A stretch of 58,824 bases of DNA from Basidiobolus meristosporus CBS 931.73 (lineage: Eukaryota; Fungi; Basidiobolomycota), in assembly GCA_002104905.1 (NCBI GenBank), contig MCFE01000554.1, positions 1-58,824 of the forward strand, read 5' to 3'. The notes beneath the pieces are model-generated. The model saw only the letters and a list, made by a program, of their open reading frames with translations. It searched no databases and was not told where the DNA came from. Below, piece by piece: positions 10,791 to 21,970 of the stretch (positions within the stretch are counted from its first letter, which is position 1; each line of letters begins with the position of its first letter). Position numbers and translations under genes: made by a program.

Positions 10791-11663
10791 ATGTCTACTA
10801 CAATCAAACTAAAAACATACAAGGGAAAGAGAGAGAAAGCCCTTGAGTGATTTGATAAGTTTGAGAGAGTTGCGGTTGATGCAGGATGGGACAACAATAA
10901 GAAAGTAAGGGAGTTTGCAAGGAATATGGAAGGGTCAGCATGGCAATGGCATTATGGGCTGGAAGATACAGTTAAAGACAACTGGGATGCACTAGAAGAA
11001 GCCTACAAGACACGCTTTCTATATGCCAAAAGATACTACTACAAAGCCCTTCTACTGTCCTCACAGAAGAAAAGCAGAGAGAACTATGAAACCTACACTG
11101 AACTGTTTCTCCAGCAAGTTTGATGTCTCCCAAAGGACAAAATCTCCAAACAACAGCTCATGAGGTATTACATCATGGGCTTAGACAACAAAATAAGATG
11201 TAGGGCATCCAAAGAACAACAGGGATGTAAAACGCTGTAAGAGTTGGTCAAACAAGTACAAGGGGTCATCTTGCTATGGGGGCTACCCTATAGTGATACA
11301 AATGATTAAAGGACAGGGATCCCCTGTAAGAAAGGAAAAATTGCTTCCCCAAAAGACTGTGAGTTAGAGGAATTACGGCAAAAGGTCCAAGAACTCTTGA
11401 TCAACAATGTCCAAGAAGTCCCCAAAGAAGGTGATAAACTCTGGGAAGCTGTTGTAGATCTAAAGGCCCAGGTACAAGCCCTGACCCAACAGATGGAATG
11501 ACTGCAACTACAGTATCCGTATTATGTGTGTGGAGAAGTAGGTCACCGGGCCCACAAATGTGAAAAACAGTACAGACAAGAAGCCGTACCGGACACAAAA
11601 GAGAAGAAGGCATCAAAAGACAGAGTCCCTTGCCAGGAGGCTAACAGGACTCAGTCAATCTAA
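10791..11663 (+). pseudogene. gag: Gypsy-B gag with decayed CCHC zinc knuckle
   Basis: Single frame from ATG 10791 to TAA 11661-11663 with internal stops. AGWDNNKK and GSAWQWH resemble a retrotransposon gag domain. YYVCGEVGHRAHKC at 11520-11561. Confidence 0.8.
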
Positions 11664-13369
11664 GCCCTGCGGTAGGACATCCCAAGTGTGGAAGAAGAAG
11701 CGTCAAAATGATGCTTCTAGAGAGGAGGCAAAGGAACCTGTAGTAGAGGTTCCATCAAAAGGAAAGAGTGTGGAATTAGGTGAAGAAGTACAGAATGAGC
11801 CTTGGGAAGAAGTGTTAAAGCACACAAAGAATGCTAACACGTCTTCCCATAGCCTATTCCCCATAATGAAGGTACCAGAGCAAACTAAGGCAACCCTCCC
11901 AATAACCAATTTACTGGGACTTGCCCCGGCTCTAGTCAAGGAACTGATAGAGGGATTGAAGGAGATAACAACCCTTCATGTCAACCAGACGGTCCTGCAA
12001 AAACCAAATAAAGGTACATACATAAAGGTACATATAGAGAATTAGGAGATTCTTGCCCTTGTTGACACAGGATCCTCTACATTGATCATGTCAGAGTCAT
12101 TAGCAAAACATCTAAAATTAGACATAGTCCCCAACGCCAACATGTGAGTATGGCTAGCAAATGACCAACTGGACACAATGGTAGGTGTGGTGCCTAATTG
12201 CCCCATCTGGCTAGGCAACTTGATAATACACCAAGATGTTGTGGTTCTACCTGTCACAGCCAACAACTTACTCATTGGCAAGAGTTGGTTTATCCAACAT
12301 AAGATGGATATACTTTACAGTGCATCTGAACTCAGGTGGGATACCAAGAGTATCCCACTGATTTATATCACCAATGAGAGCAAGGTGCATAGCAACAGTG
12401 TGACAATCAAAGAAGTGAAACTGTTGCAGTCTCCAATCATCACACAAAAGGTGATAAAAATACCACCCTCCAGTGAGACAGTGATCTTATTAGAGACACC
12501 AATAGCTTATTTGACAAGTGGAAGAATGATAACCGCAGCAAAGGCATCTAAGCAACTGGATGGAATCTCAATCCCTAAAGTATGGATACCACCAAAATTT
12601 GAAATGCAAAGTTTGAAGTGCTTAGTGGTTAATAACAGGCAACACATGGTAACATTGCCTAGAGGTGTGCTAGTGTTAAACCTAGAGGAAGTCAATGGAA
12701 ACAACCAAGGATCACCTACAAACAAGGAACCAGAAGAAGAACTCCCCAAACTAGATGTGGACCCCGGTCTACCGCCTGTGTTACAAGACAAGTTCCTAGA
12801 AGAAATACACCAGCTTGCCCAAGTATTCTCTAAGAACCAAGTAATTGGTCATATACCTGGGGTATATCACCAAATCCACCTCACCAACAAATACTTCATC
12901 AAGCAAAGAGCCTATAGGAACTTGAAAATTGACACAGACTATATCAAAGAGACAATTGAAACTTTATTGAAAGATGACATCATTACAGAGAGCCAGTCTT
13001 TGTGGGCCTCCCCCATAGCGATAGTCCCAAAGAAAGACGGAAAGCAATGTTTTTGCATCAACTACCAAAAATTGAACGCCATCACCCGGAAGGACATGTA
13101 TCCACTACAGCAAATAGACAACCTGTTGAACAGATTAATTGGAGCCAAATATTTTAGCTCTCTTGACTTAATCTCTAGGTATTGGCAGGTAGAAGAAGCC
13201 CTGGAAGATCAACCCAAAACCGCTTTTATAACATTGTTTGGATTGTACAAATGGAACCAACTACCCTTTGGCTTGTGCAATGCCCCTGCTACGTTCCAAA
13301 GGATGATTGACAAGGTGCTAGGAAATATACAATAGGAATGCGCTCTTGTGTATCTGGACAACATCACAA

Positions 13370-14172
13370 TGCGGTCGTGTAGAGATAATCCTGGGAGAAG
13401 CTACACAACTCAAGGTGTGTGAGGTGTCTGATGGGTGCAATAACCTCTGTGTCTGAACTGCTGGTGTCTTTGTCAATATGTCACTATGGTAAAAGCTCCT
13501 GCTTCTCTAGCTTCCTAGGTGCTCCAAGTGTCTCCAAAGGCCTCTGTGTGTCTTGTGCACTACCCTGAAAAGCTCCTTGATGGCAGGTCTGAGATGCACT
13601 GATGAAGGCAGGTGCAGTGATCAACTGCTAATCAATAAGGTAGAAGTGTTACTGATAGAAGGGATGATTTATGGATCAGGGATTGCTTTTGCTTAAATAC
13701 TTTTGCTGAATGCCAAGTGATTACCAATGACAAGGTTCTAGAAGATTCTAGGTATCAGTGGAATTCTTGATGACATCACTCTGAGCTAAAAATATACCAA
13801 GAATGTCCTGGAAGGTTCTAAAAGACACAGCACATTCAACCAATCAGGAATCAGTAGTCTGATACCTGCGCAACATAGAAATACCATATATGGTATTGAA
13901 ATGGTAGGGATGGTAACACAGACCTAGTTCATGTGTCACAGGTCCTGACACAGGTACTTGCCTTAAGTAGATATATATACTGATCACAAAGCTGAATAGC
14001 ATCTGGGATAACTAATGTTAATAACTAATCAGGGTAAACATCATATGGGGATAATGCTGATAATATGGGCAAAGAAGAATGGGATAATACTGATCAGATA
14101 AAATATGGATAAGTATATCATAATGACTATATGAATAAACTTGTTTGTGGGAGGTATGTTTACCCTACCACA
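13370..14172 (-). mobile_element. Solo LTR of family D inside Gypsy-B RT
   Basis: 803 bp, inverted copy of the D LTR. 4-bp TSD ACAA/GCAA. Excision restores YLD(D)I(A)IYS. Confidence 0.93.
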
Positions 14173-14979
14173 GCAATATATTCCCACAATGTAGAAGAAC
14201 ATATACACAACATGCAATGTATCCCAACAGCCCTCCTTGAGAACCAACTCAAACTACATCCTAAGAAGTGTTGTTTTCTGTATACAAAATTGTTGTTCCT
14301 GGGCCACAAGGTCTTAGTAGATGGAATATACCCATCTACGTCACTCCTGAAAGCTGTTCAAGATACACCCGCACAAAAGGATATTAATGCAGTTTTGGGA
14401 TTCCTAGGATTAGCCGGCTACTGTTACCACCTTGTCAAAAACATTGCAACAATAGCAGCCCCCCTATATAAATTGATGCAAAAAGACCAGTGTTTTGTAT
14501 GGTTAAAGCCTCAAAAGAGAGCATTTGATCAGCGGAAACATTCCCTGACGTCACCGCCAGTGTTACGTTTTCCCAATTGGGATGCAAGATTATTTATTGA
14601 CTGTGATGGAAGTCTTACCAGTGTAGGCACCGTACTGGGACAATACCACCAACCCGGTGAATTCCACCCAATTGGTTACATGAGCTGTTTGATAAACAAA
14701 CACAAATGTCACTACCCTGTTACCAAGATAGAATGTCTGGCTGTTGTTTATTCAATTAAACAAATCCATACATACATACATGGTTGCCAATTCACAATAG
14801 CAACAGACCACAGCGCACTGGTCTGGCTGATGCAAACTAAAGACTTTACCGGTCAACTAGCATGTTGGGCCCTCCAACTACAAGAATACAACTTCAAAAT
14901 AAGTCATTGTGCTGGCAAGAAACACCAAGATGCATACTACCTCAGTTGCTATCCTGTTTGCCAAGTACATGTCAGCAAT

Positions 14980-15160
14980 AGACTTGTTCCATCATTCCGG
15001 CTGATCATAGTGCCCAATAGTACCATAGCATGCCAGATGGTGCCATACAGTGCCAATATGGGATCATAATTGACATGCATATGACCCTAAAATAACAAAT
15101 TAATAACAAAATATACAGCACTTTCTGGCATTATGATCAATGGCACAATGGAACAAGTCT
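14980..15160. mobile_element. 181-bp MITE (AGACTTGTTCCAT TIRs, AAT TSD)
   Basis: AAT|AGACTTGTTCCAT...ATGGAACAAGTCT|AAT. Removing 181+3 bp exactly repairs the RNase H-to-integrase frame change. Confidence 0.9.
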
Positions 15161-16067
15161 AATGACTACAAAGACGTAATCTACTTTAAAAGAAGAGGGA
15201 AGTATCCCAAACACGTTGTTACAAACAAGCAGAATCGAGACTTTCAAAAGAAATGGTGTCAGTACAAAGTACAAGAAAACCAATTATGGTCCCTCCAAGG
15301 ACAGTTCAGAGTTGAGGTACCCCCAATAACTGCCCAAGAAGAAATCATACAAGAAAGACTTATGTCATTAAGACACACTAACTCTCTAACAGCATACAAG
15401 ATGTCAAGAAAGATATTTTATTGGAAAAAAATTGTGACCAACAATGCAAATACCCAACAAAGATGCTCCACCTGCAAAAGATTTAACCAAAGTCAAAAGA
15501 TAGGGACAACCACACCAATACCACTTGACCTACCCTTCTATCAGGTAAGGATTGACTTTGTTGGGCCCTTTATGAAAGCAATGAAAGGAGAACAATACAT
15601 AATAGTTGCTACCAATTATTTCTCAAAGTGGGTAGAAGCCCAAGCCATCCAAAATAAAGACCAGAAGACAACCACCCAATTCATTCTAGACCACCTCATC
15701 TGCCGGAACAGATATTCTCAGATACTCCTGTACAACAATGGTGGCTCCTTCCTGAACAATACCATGGCCCACTTGTGCAAAATGATGGGCATGAGACAGG
15801 TCTTCACGGCCATGTATCACCCCCAGACCATCGGATTAACCAAGAGGATGAACCAGACGTGTTGCTGCATACTAGAGAAGCTCCACTGGGAACTAACCCA
15901 ATCATGGGCCAAGCTACTCCCACTAACACTCCTAGCAATGCGTACAATACCAAATAAAGCAACAGGTTTCTCCCTGTACAAAGTTCTGTATGGACAAAGG
16001 CCCAAGTGGCGTGAAGAAGCTGGATTAACAATGGAAGGTGTCCCCTTGACAACACATAACAACTATA

Positions 16068-17246
16068 TTGAAAGGGGAGAACAAAAGAATGTGTATGGAA
16101 AGTGCCAAAGGAAATAGTTCACCCAAAACTGGCAATACCCCTCCCTCCAGCAAGAACCAAGAAGATATTGGAAATGAAACCAACCTGCAAGTGTTGAGAG
16201 ATATGGTACAAGTGTTACGTGTAACAAGAGCCACCTATGAAGAGTTGTTTGTCGGAGCAGTCACGTTGATATGAGACACAATCAGAGAGGGACAAGACAA
16301 GTTACCCACACAAATACAAAGCATGGAGATACTACCCAAGAAGATTGTGTACCACCTAAGAGGAGGCTCCTTATCATTAAGGAGAAGGATGCCGCACTGA
16401 TTCCCATATCTATACTGGACACAGTCAGACAGAGACACAAGGAATCAACTGTTGTGCCCTCACAAGACCTTGAGAGCCCCCCTGTATTGTTGCATAATTG
16501 GTACCATGGTTGTTGAGGTATACTCAGACCTGGTATGAGCCACAAGAGCACCAGAGGTAGAACTCCCAATGAGAGGACTCCTCCAAGAAATTTGCAAACA
16601 TCTCAAACCGCATTTCCAAGAAGGAACCATCTTAGAGAAGATACGCAAAAAGATTAAATACACCGGCCAGTTAACCCATGCAATCCACCAAGTTGCTGTG
16701 TTACAACTATTAGAATGATTTATCATAGGACAACTTAGGAACCAGTACAAAGTCCAACTCCAAGAAGCTGAAGAAACCGCCGCAGACTCTGTAGAAACCA
16801 TGAGGCAGGTACAAAAGCCCCTTGATTGCGCCACAGTTTCTACAGAAAAACTACAATACGTCTTGGAAGAAGCAAAAACTTGTTACCAACAATGGGTGAC
16901 TGCCAACCAAGTGTATGCCCTCTTCAAAAGGTCCCCTTCTGTCATATTGAACACAAAAAGAACAAGCCCCAACAATGTTTGCAAGATAAAGAAGCAAGAC
17001 TTTATTGCGCTATTGCACCTTTTCTTGTTCTCCAACCCTCCCAAGGAACTTACCCAGAACCCTATGGTTTGCCAACTTTTTGGCTCTGTGGAAAACATCC
17101 CTTGAGCAACGCAAGCCACACCCCACTCTGCTGCTGAATGGTATCAGGTATTTGCCTGCAACCCCCTTGCAAGTGACAACCAGCAATGGTACTATGGTGG
17201 CTCCCCATGCTCCATGAATGAAATCAACCCTGGAGAAGCAAGTTAG
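16068..17246 (+). pseudogene. Extra ORF (ORF3, ~393 codons) between integrase and the 3' LTR of Gypsy-B, unknown function
   Basis: One frame contains ORFs 16068-16274 and 16800-17105. Internal stops occur only at 16272, 16398, 16536, 16716 and 17103, and all are TGA. First TAG is at 17244. Confidence 0.6.
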
Positions 17247-17291
17247 TCAAAAGAACTTTGAGGACAAAGCTCCCTCTTAACCCCCGGGATA

Positions 17292-17668
17292 TATGAGTAC
17301 TAAATGCAGTACCCACTCTTTGCCCAAGAGTTCCCCCCAGAGTCCTACCCAAAGTCCCCCAGTATCCTCCCTATGATTCACCCACGCACCCTCCCTCCTA
17401 TCCCTGCCCTTATCTAGTTAGAACACTTACCATAGCAGGAAGGTGTTTGCATCCCTATTTTATAACACATTGTCTATTAGCTAAGCCCCCAAGTGATATA
17501 TATATATCTACCCAATTGAACCAAGTGAGAGGACAAGAGGATTTGGACAAAATAAACACAAGTCTTCATTACCTTGCTTCCTTCTATCAGAAGCTACTCT
17601 GAACCAAGTGGTACTGACTTGACCTACAAGCTCTCCCACTCATCAAGTACAGTCAGTAATAACCCACA
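17292..17668 (+). repeat. Gypsy-B 3' LTR (377 bp)
   Basis: Direct repeat of 10374-10749, followed by TSD CTCTG. Confidence 0.95.
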
Positions 17669-18717
17669 CTCTGCACTTAGTTTATACTGATACAATGCCA
17701 GCGCTGTGGTAAAATCATGGAATATTTGGGTATTGCTTCTTTCCTTGCAATAAACAGCAGTGGCAACTGATTTTGTCATTTTATAATATGAGTATTCTTG
17801 ATCATATGTCATATAACTTGCCATATCAACTTGAGATTTTTTACACATCTAGATACACCCTTTTGCTTTGGTGAGCTTAGTGCAGTGATTACTAGCTTTA
17901 TCTGCTGCACTCAGCAGAAGCAGATATGGAATTCAAAGTGTATATACAACCATTGTCACAATGTAATTTTAAATTTCCACCAGTTTCTCAATCAACCATG
18001 TGATCAAGCTCCTGCAGCTTTGCCAGAGAAAGTTTCTCTCACTTTATGAAGTAAATATTTGTGTATCTTTCATCATCACCAATAATACAACTAATTACTT
18101 TATTTCACCAATAGAAGAACTCTGTACAGGTTCATTCACTTGTGAGTGAAAAAGCATGAATTTTTCTTAGTTGTGAGTAGTAGAGTGCTCTTGGTCATTT
18201 GTCTGACTTGTTTCCCATATATGCAGGCTTTGTAGTGCTTGGAACTAGCTTAGGGATCAATTTGAATTCTGCTAATTAGATGATTTTCATGCATTTGACT
18301 CAAATTACTATAGTTGTTGTGTCAATATATCTTGTGCCAAAGTAATTGGTTCTTGTTGCAGTGGTTACTTATAATGGCTTCCAGATATGGTTTCCTAGTG
18401 GTTAGCTTGCATAGACCCATATTTGTGATACCTGAGGTAATATTGGTCTTGGTTTGATCAGTATTCCTCCATTTAGAAATATCAAAATCAAAACCAGGTT
18501 TTGGCCTTAGCATTGCATACATGCAGTAGCTTTTAGGTTGTTTCTAGCATATAAGATGATTCTATGAGGGTAGGTATGTAGCTTCAGGCATTACTCCCAA
18601 AGTTTACTTGGATAGATCCAGGTATAACTGTATTTGGTGCTGTATTATACTCATCAGAATCTTCTTTGCTGAAATTCTTGATATTAGGGAAAAGTTCTAC
18701 TTGGTATGCTCAATATT
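17669..18717 (-). pseudogene. pol: Copia-A-related pol (protease region, GAG-pre-integrase, integrase core), heavily decayed
   Basis: NQLLWHKIY (GAG-pre-integrase) in ORF 18322-18522. Colinear with 52200-53300 inverted. Joins 10373 across the CTCTG TSD. Confidence 0.7.
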
Positions 18718-21700
18718 CCCTATGAAAATGAACTTGGTCCCACAGGTAGATTCAATCCAAACCAGCCATCAAGATCCTGTCAGGAGACCACTATAATAAC
18801 AGCAGCTTGGAATTAATGACCATTTACATAAACTTATGATGGGATCACCAGGGCATTGTGCTAATTGTATAGGCAAATGAAGTTGAAAAATTTATCAGTG
18901 TTTGTACAGTTTCTTACCAAGGGTGGCATGGCATAGCTGCAGTCTCAGTGCGCTAAACAACTATTTGAGGGGATCTAACTGGCCAGTACATATGATTGCC
19001 TTAGATGGCACACACCTGAGGGTTTTTTGACAGCCTCATTGCAAGCTTCTAATGACATTATCATGGCAGTATGGCGGCCTACAGCTAATTCTGTATAATG
19101 CTACTTCAATAAACGGTATTTCCTTTTCCTACCTCCCCTTGCACAATTCAGATATTCCAATGTTGCATAACGTCACTTTATCTCCTACCCACTACCACCT
19201 TGGGTATTCCACCTATAGCATGATTCAAAAATTACTGTGGCCTCCTGCTGATCAACCTCTACACACATGCACACCTGCTACAATTGACATACTTCTATGA
19301 CATCAATTTTACAGCTTTTTGGTGTTCTGCTTACAATGTTGCCATATACCTTTTGTTGCCAGTATATTTACATCTTGCAAATGTATGCTTGGTTGCTGCC
19401 ACTCCTGCCATGAATACCTCTGAAATATATGCAAAGAACTTTTTGGTACTTATCCAAAATGTTCTTTCTCCCTGCTGGATTCTAGTCCCACCTAAAGGTG
19501 GCTTCTGGCTCTTGTTTGTGTGAATTCTGTAGCAAATAATGTAGGTATTGGCTTGTGACCTAAATAAATCAGGCATACCTTGGTAGAGTCTTCCTAACAA
19601 AAATTAGTTGCATATTGCACCCAGTTTAACTTTTTGTGGCTTAACTATAACCCATGTGTTGAGGCTGCTTAGCCTCTTAATGCCATATACATGGGTGTCA
19701 CCATGTGTACATCTGTCCTCAGTATTCTCCAACTCTTCCTGGCTGTCCTCCATGTGCCAACTCACCACATCCATGAAGGACTTGAAGGTAATGTTCTTGA
19801 TGAGATTGGGAATTGGTAGCACCTGCAACTTGACTTTTCCTCCTAACTCCACATACATCTACTCCTCAGAAACTCCCAATAGGTAAAGCAAGGTCCAGTA
19901 TTTCCTCATACCAAGCAAGATGGAGTAGCAGCTGGATACTCTAGCAGCAAAGATATATGCATTGGCTCATTTGTGGCTAGCAGGATTTGCTAGTAGAGGA
20001 CTTGTTTAATAAGAATCCATCAAGTGCCAAGGCAAAAGCATGGTCATACATACCTTCAAAGTGGCCCTTGATACTTGGCTGTATGTAATGTTTGCCATCA
20101 AGTACATTGAGTATGTTTGCACTTGATTGATACTGAGTGCATTACTTTATAGCTTCACAATATTTGTTAGACTGCATGAGCTTCTCTTGATGGGGTATAT
20201 CCAAAATACATATGAGGAGTGTGAGCAATGTTTTCCCCCAATGGTGGTTGAATCCTGACAAGTTGAACACCTTGCAATGGTGGTATTTCCTGATGTAAAT
20301 ATCCTGCAATTTTTCACACCTGCTGGTACCTGGATGGTCTCTGGGTCATGTGCTGCCAGCCACATGACAGTTTTCCATCTATACCATGTACATTGTAGGT
20401 TGCCTCTTGGGTTGATTTTGGCTAGTAGTACTAAATCTTTAAAGCCCCCATTTTGATATTACAGGCAACATGCCAGTACTCTGGCCACAACTTCATATCA
20501 TTCACCAGTAGATGGATTTCTGGGCTCACTTGATTTCATTTAGTATCCTTGGCATTTTTTTTCACAGGTGTTGTCTCATTACATAATGGGATTTTGCCAG
20601 GCTCATGCAAGGTACTGTTGTTAGAGAAGATAAGCTCACAATGCATCAATGAGCCTGTTTCTTAGGTAAGCTATTACACTGTGACTGATATTTAGAAGGT
20701 TGGGGTGAGCCTAACAGTGTCACAAACTCACCTGGCTCAGTTTGCCCAAGGTGCCAAGTACAGCAAGGTGCAGTTATTAAAGTATCATGAGGCTGCCAAG
20801 ATATTGTTGCTATAGTAGTAACTGGTGAATGGTCAAATATAACTTGTGCAGCAAAACCCTGGCTATAAACCTTGTAGTACCTCCTATGCTGCCTGTGTGC
20901 TTTATGGCTGAGAGGCTTGCTAGCATAGCCATATGGTTGTTTTTTGCTTCTCTTGCAGCATTAAATCTGTTGCAATTTAAGAAGTGATTTGGATATAAGG
21001 AACTTATCAAGAAATGGTGATAATAGTTAAACTTTTGTTTATCAGTAAAGAAGCTCAGTATTTATACCTTTGTAGAAGTAATACTGCTGTCACACTAAGT
21101 AAGGAGGGTTACTCAATATTCAGGAGCGTTCTATAACAGTTTCAGGGTTAGTACATGACAGTTAGTATTAGTGCTAATTTGATCCTAACTATAGGGGAAT
21201 AATCATAAGATCATAGATCTGGAGAAAGTGGCAAAGTTAGAGCAGTAAATTAGTCCCACAGTGACCAAGACAAGTCCAGAATTGTCCAGTGAGCTTTTAG
21301 CTGCAGAATGATACCAAATAGTCCAATATTTTAACAGAATCAAAGTAGTCTTGCTCATGTGCAAACAGTTTGACCTTCAACAATGTAACACTACTACATA
21401 CTACTTGGTCAGTATTCACACAAGTTTAAGGCTGTCCTGTATTAGAGACATTGCACCTAGAAGAATGTAAGACTCAATGATCAACTACCATGGTAAACAT
21501 TATAAATTAAGTTGTGGCACCACATACACATGTACATCTAACACCACTTGCCCTTTGGTTTGACTCAATTACATATTTATGCTGCCAAAAATTGAAGCAA
21601 AGTTGTCTGGTTCCCTACCAAACCCCACTGCTGAGAGCAGCAAAAGAACAGTTGGACAACAGCTTGCTTTGACATTCAGTCCAACAAGCAGAACTACATC

Positions 21701-21970
21701 CAAAAAAGGCCCTGTGAACAGTGTGCCCACTGAAGGTAATAATGTGGACTCAGTCTTTCAAGCAAGTAGGCAATTAGGAATCTGTGCAGAGCCACAAGCT
21801 GGCCATACTGCTGAGGCAAATGAGAATGTAGCAAGAGCAGTACCTCTAGTTGCAGACCAGCTAGTGGCCATCATAACTTCACCACTACCTGTATTAGCAA
21901 GTATATTGTCAGCTCATATAGGACAGCTAATGAGGCCATCAGGTGAAGTGGTTGACAGGATAGATGCAAA
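18718..21970 (-). mobile_element. Internally deleted EnSpm-like element: right terminus, transposase, intergenic region and start of ORF2
   Basis: CCC end at 18718. Transposase ATG at 21358. DGKHYIQPSIKGHFEGMYDHAFALALDGFLLNKSSTSKSC*P (Transposase_21-like DGF...SCWP) at ~19980-20105. C-terminal block in ORFs 19604-19858 and 19331-19600. ORF2 start on + at 21579. Confidence 0.78.
20968..21336 (-). mobile_element. Copia-B solo LTR inserted in the transposase N-terminus
   Basis: 369 bp with TG/CA ends and 5-bp TSD AAATC/GAATC. The flanks rejoin to match uninterrupted 23200-23235. Confidence 0.9.

Larger units (their letters stand above)
11560..16117 (+). pseudogene. pol: Gypsy-B pol (protease, RT, RNase H, integrase), interrupted by a solo LTR and a MITE
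   Basis: LVDTGSS at 12058-12078. SLWASPIAIVPKKDG and LPFGLCNAPATFQR in ORF 12178-13335. YLDNI at ~13351. RNase H (DCDGS, TDHSALVWL) in 14131-15069. Integrase (IDFVGPF, FSKWVEA, YHPQTIG) in 15140-16117. Confidence 0.92.
10374..17668 (+). mobile_element. Gypsy-B: full-length Ty3/Gypsy LTR retrotransposon, decayed, with extra 3' ORF
   Basis: LTRs at 10374-10749 and 17292-17668 with perfect 5-bp TSD CTCTG (10369-10373 and 17669-17673). Order is gag, protease, RT, RNase H, integrase. Confidence 0.95.

Noticed and set aside
12400-12700. dUTPase in Gypsy-B pol (IKIPPSSETVI...VVNNRQHMVTLPRG)
   Set aside because: It resembles the degenerate dUTPase-like linker between protease and RT seen in many Gypsy elements. 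None of the five dUTPase motifs is recognisable.
12178-15069. Retron/DGR/defence-type reverse transcriptase system
   Set aside because: All RT segments are ordinary Ty3/Gypsy or Ty1/Copia RTs within LTR-bounded gag-pol units.
16068-17246. Classical retroviral env
   Set aside because: No signal peptide, basic cleavage site followed by a fusion peptide, or transmembrane anchor is visible. Kept only as an unknown ORF3.
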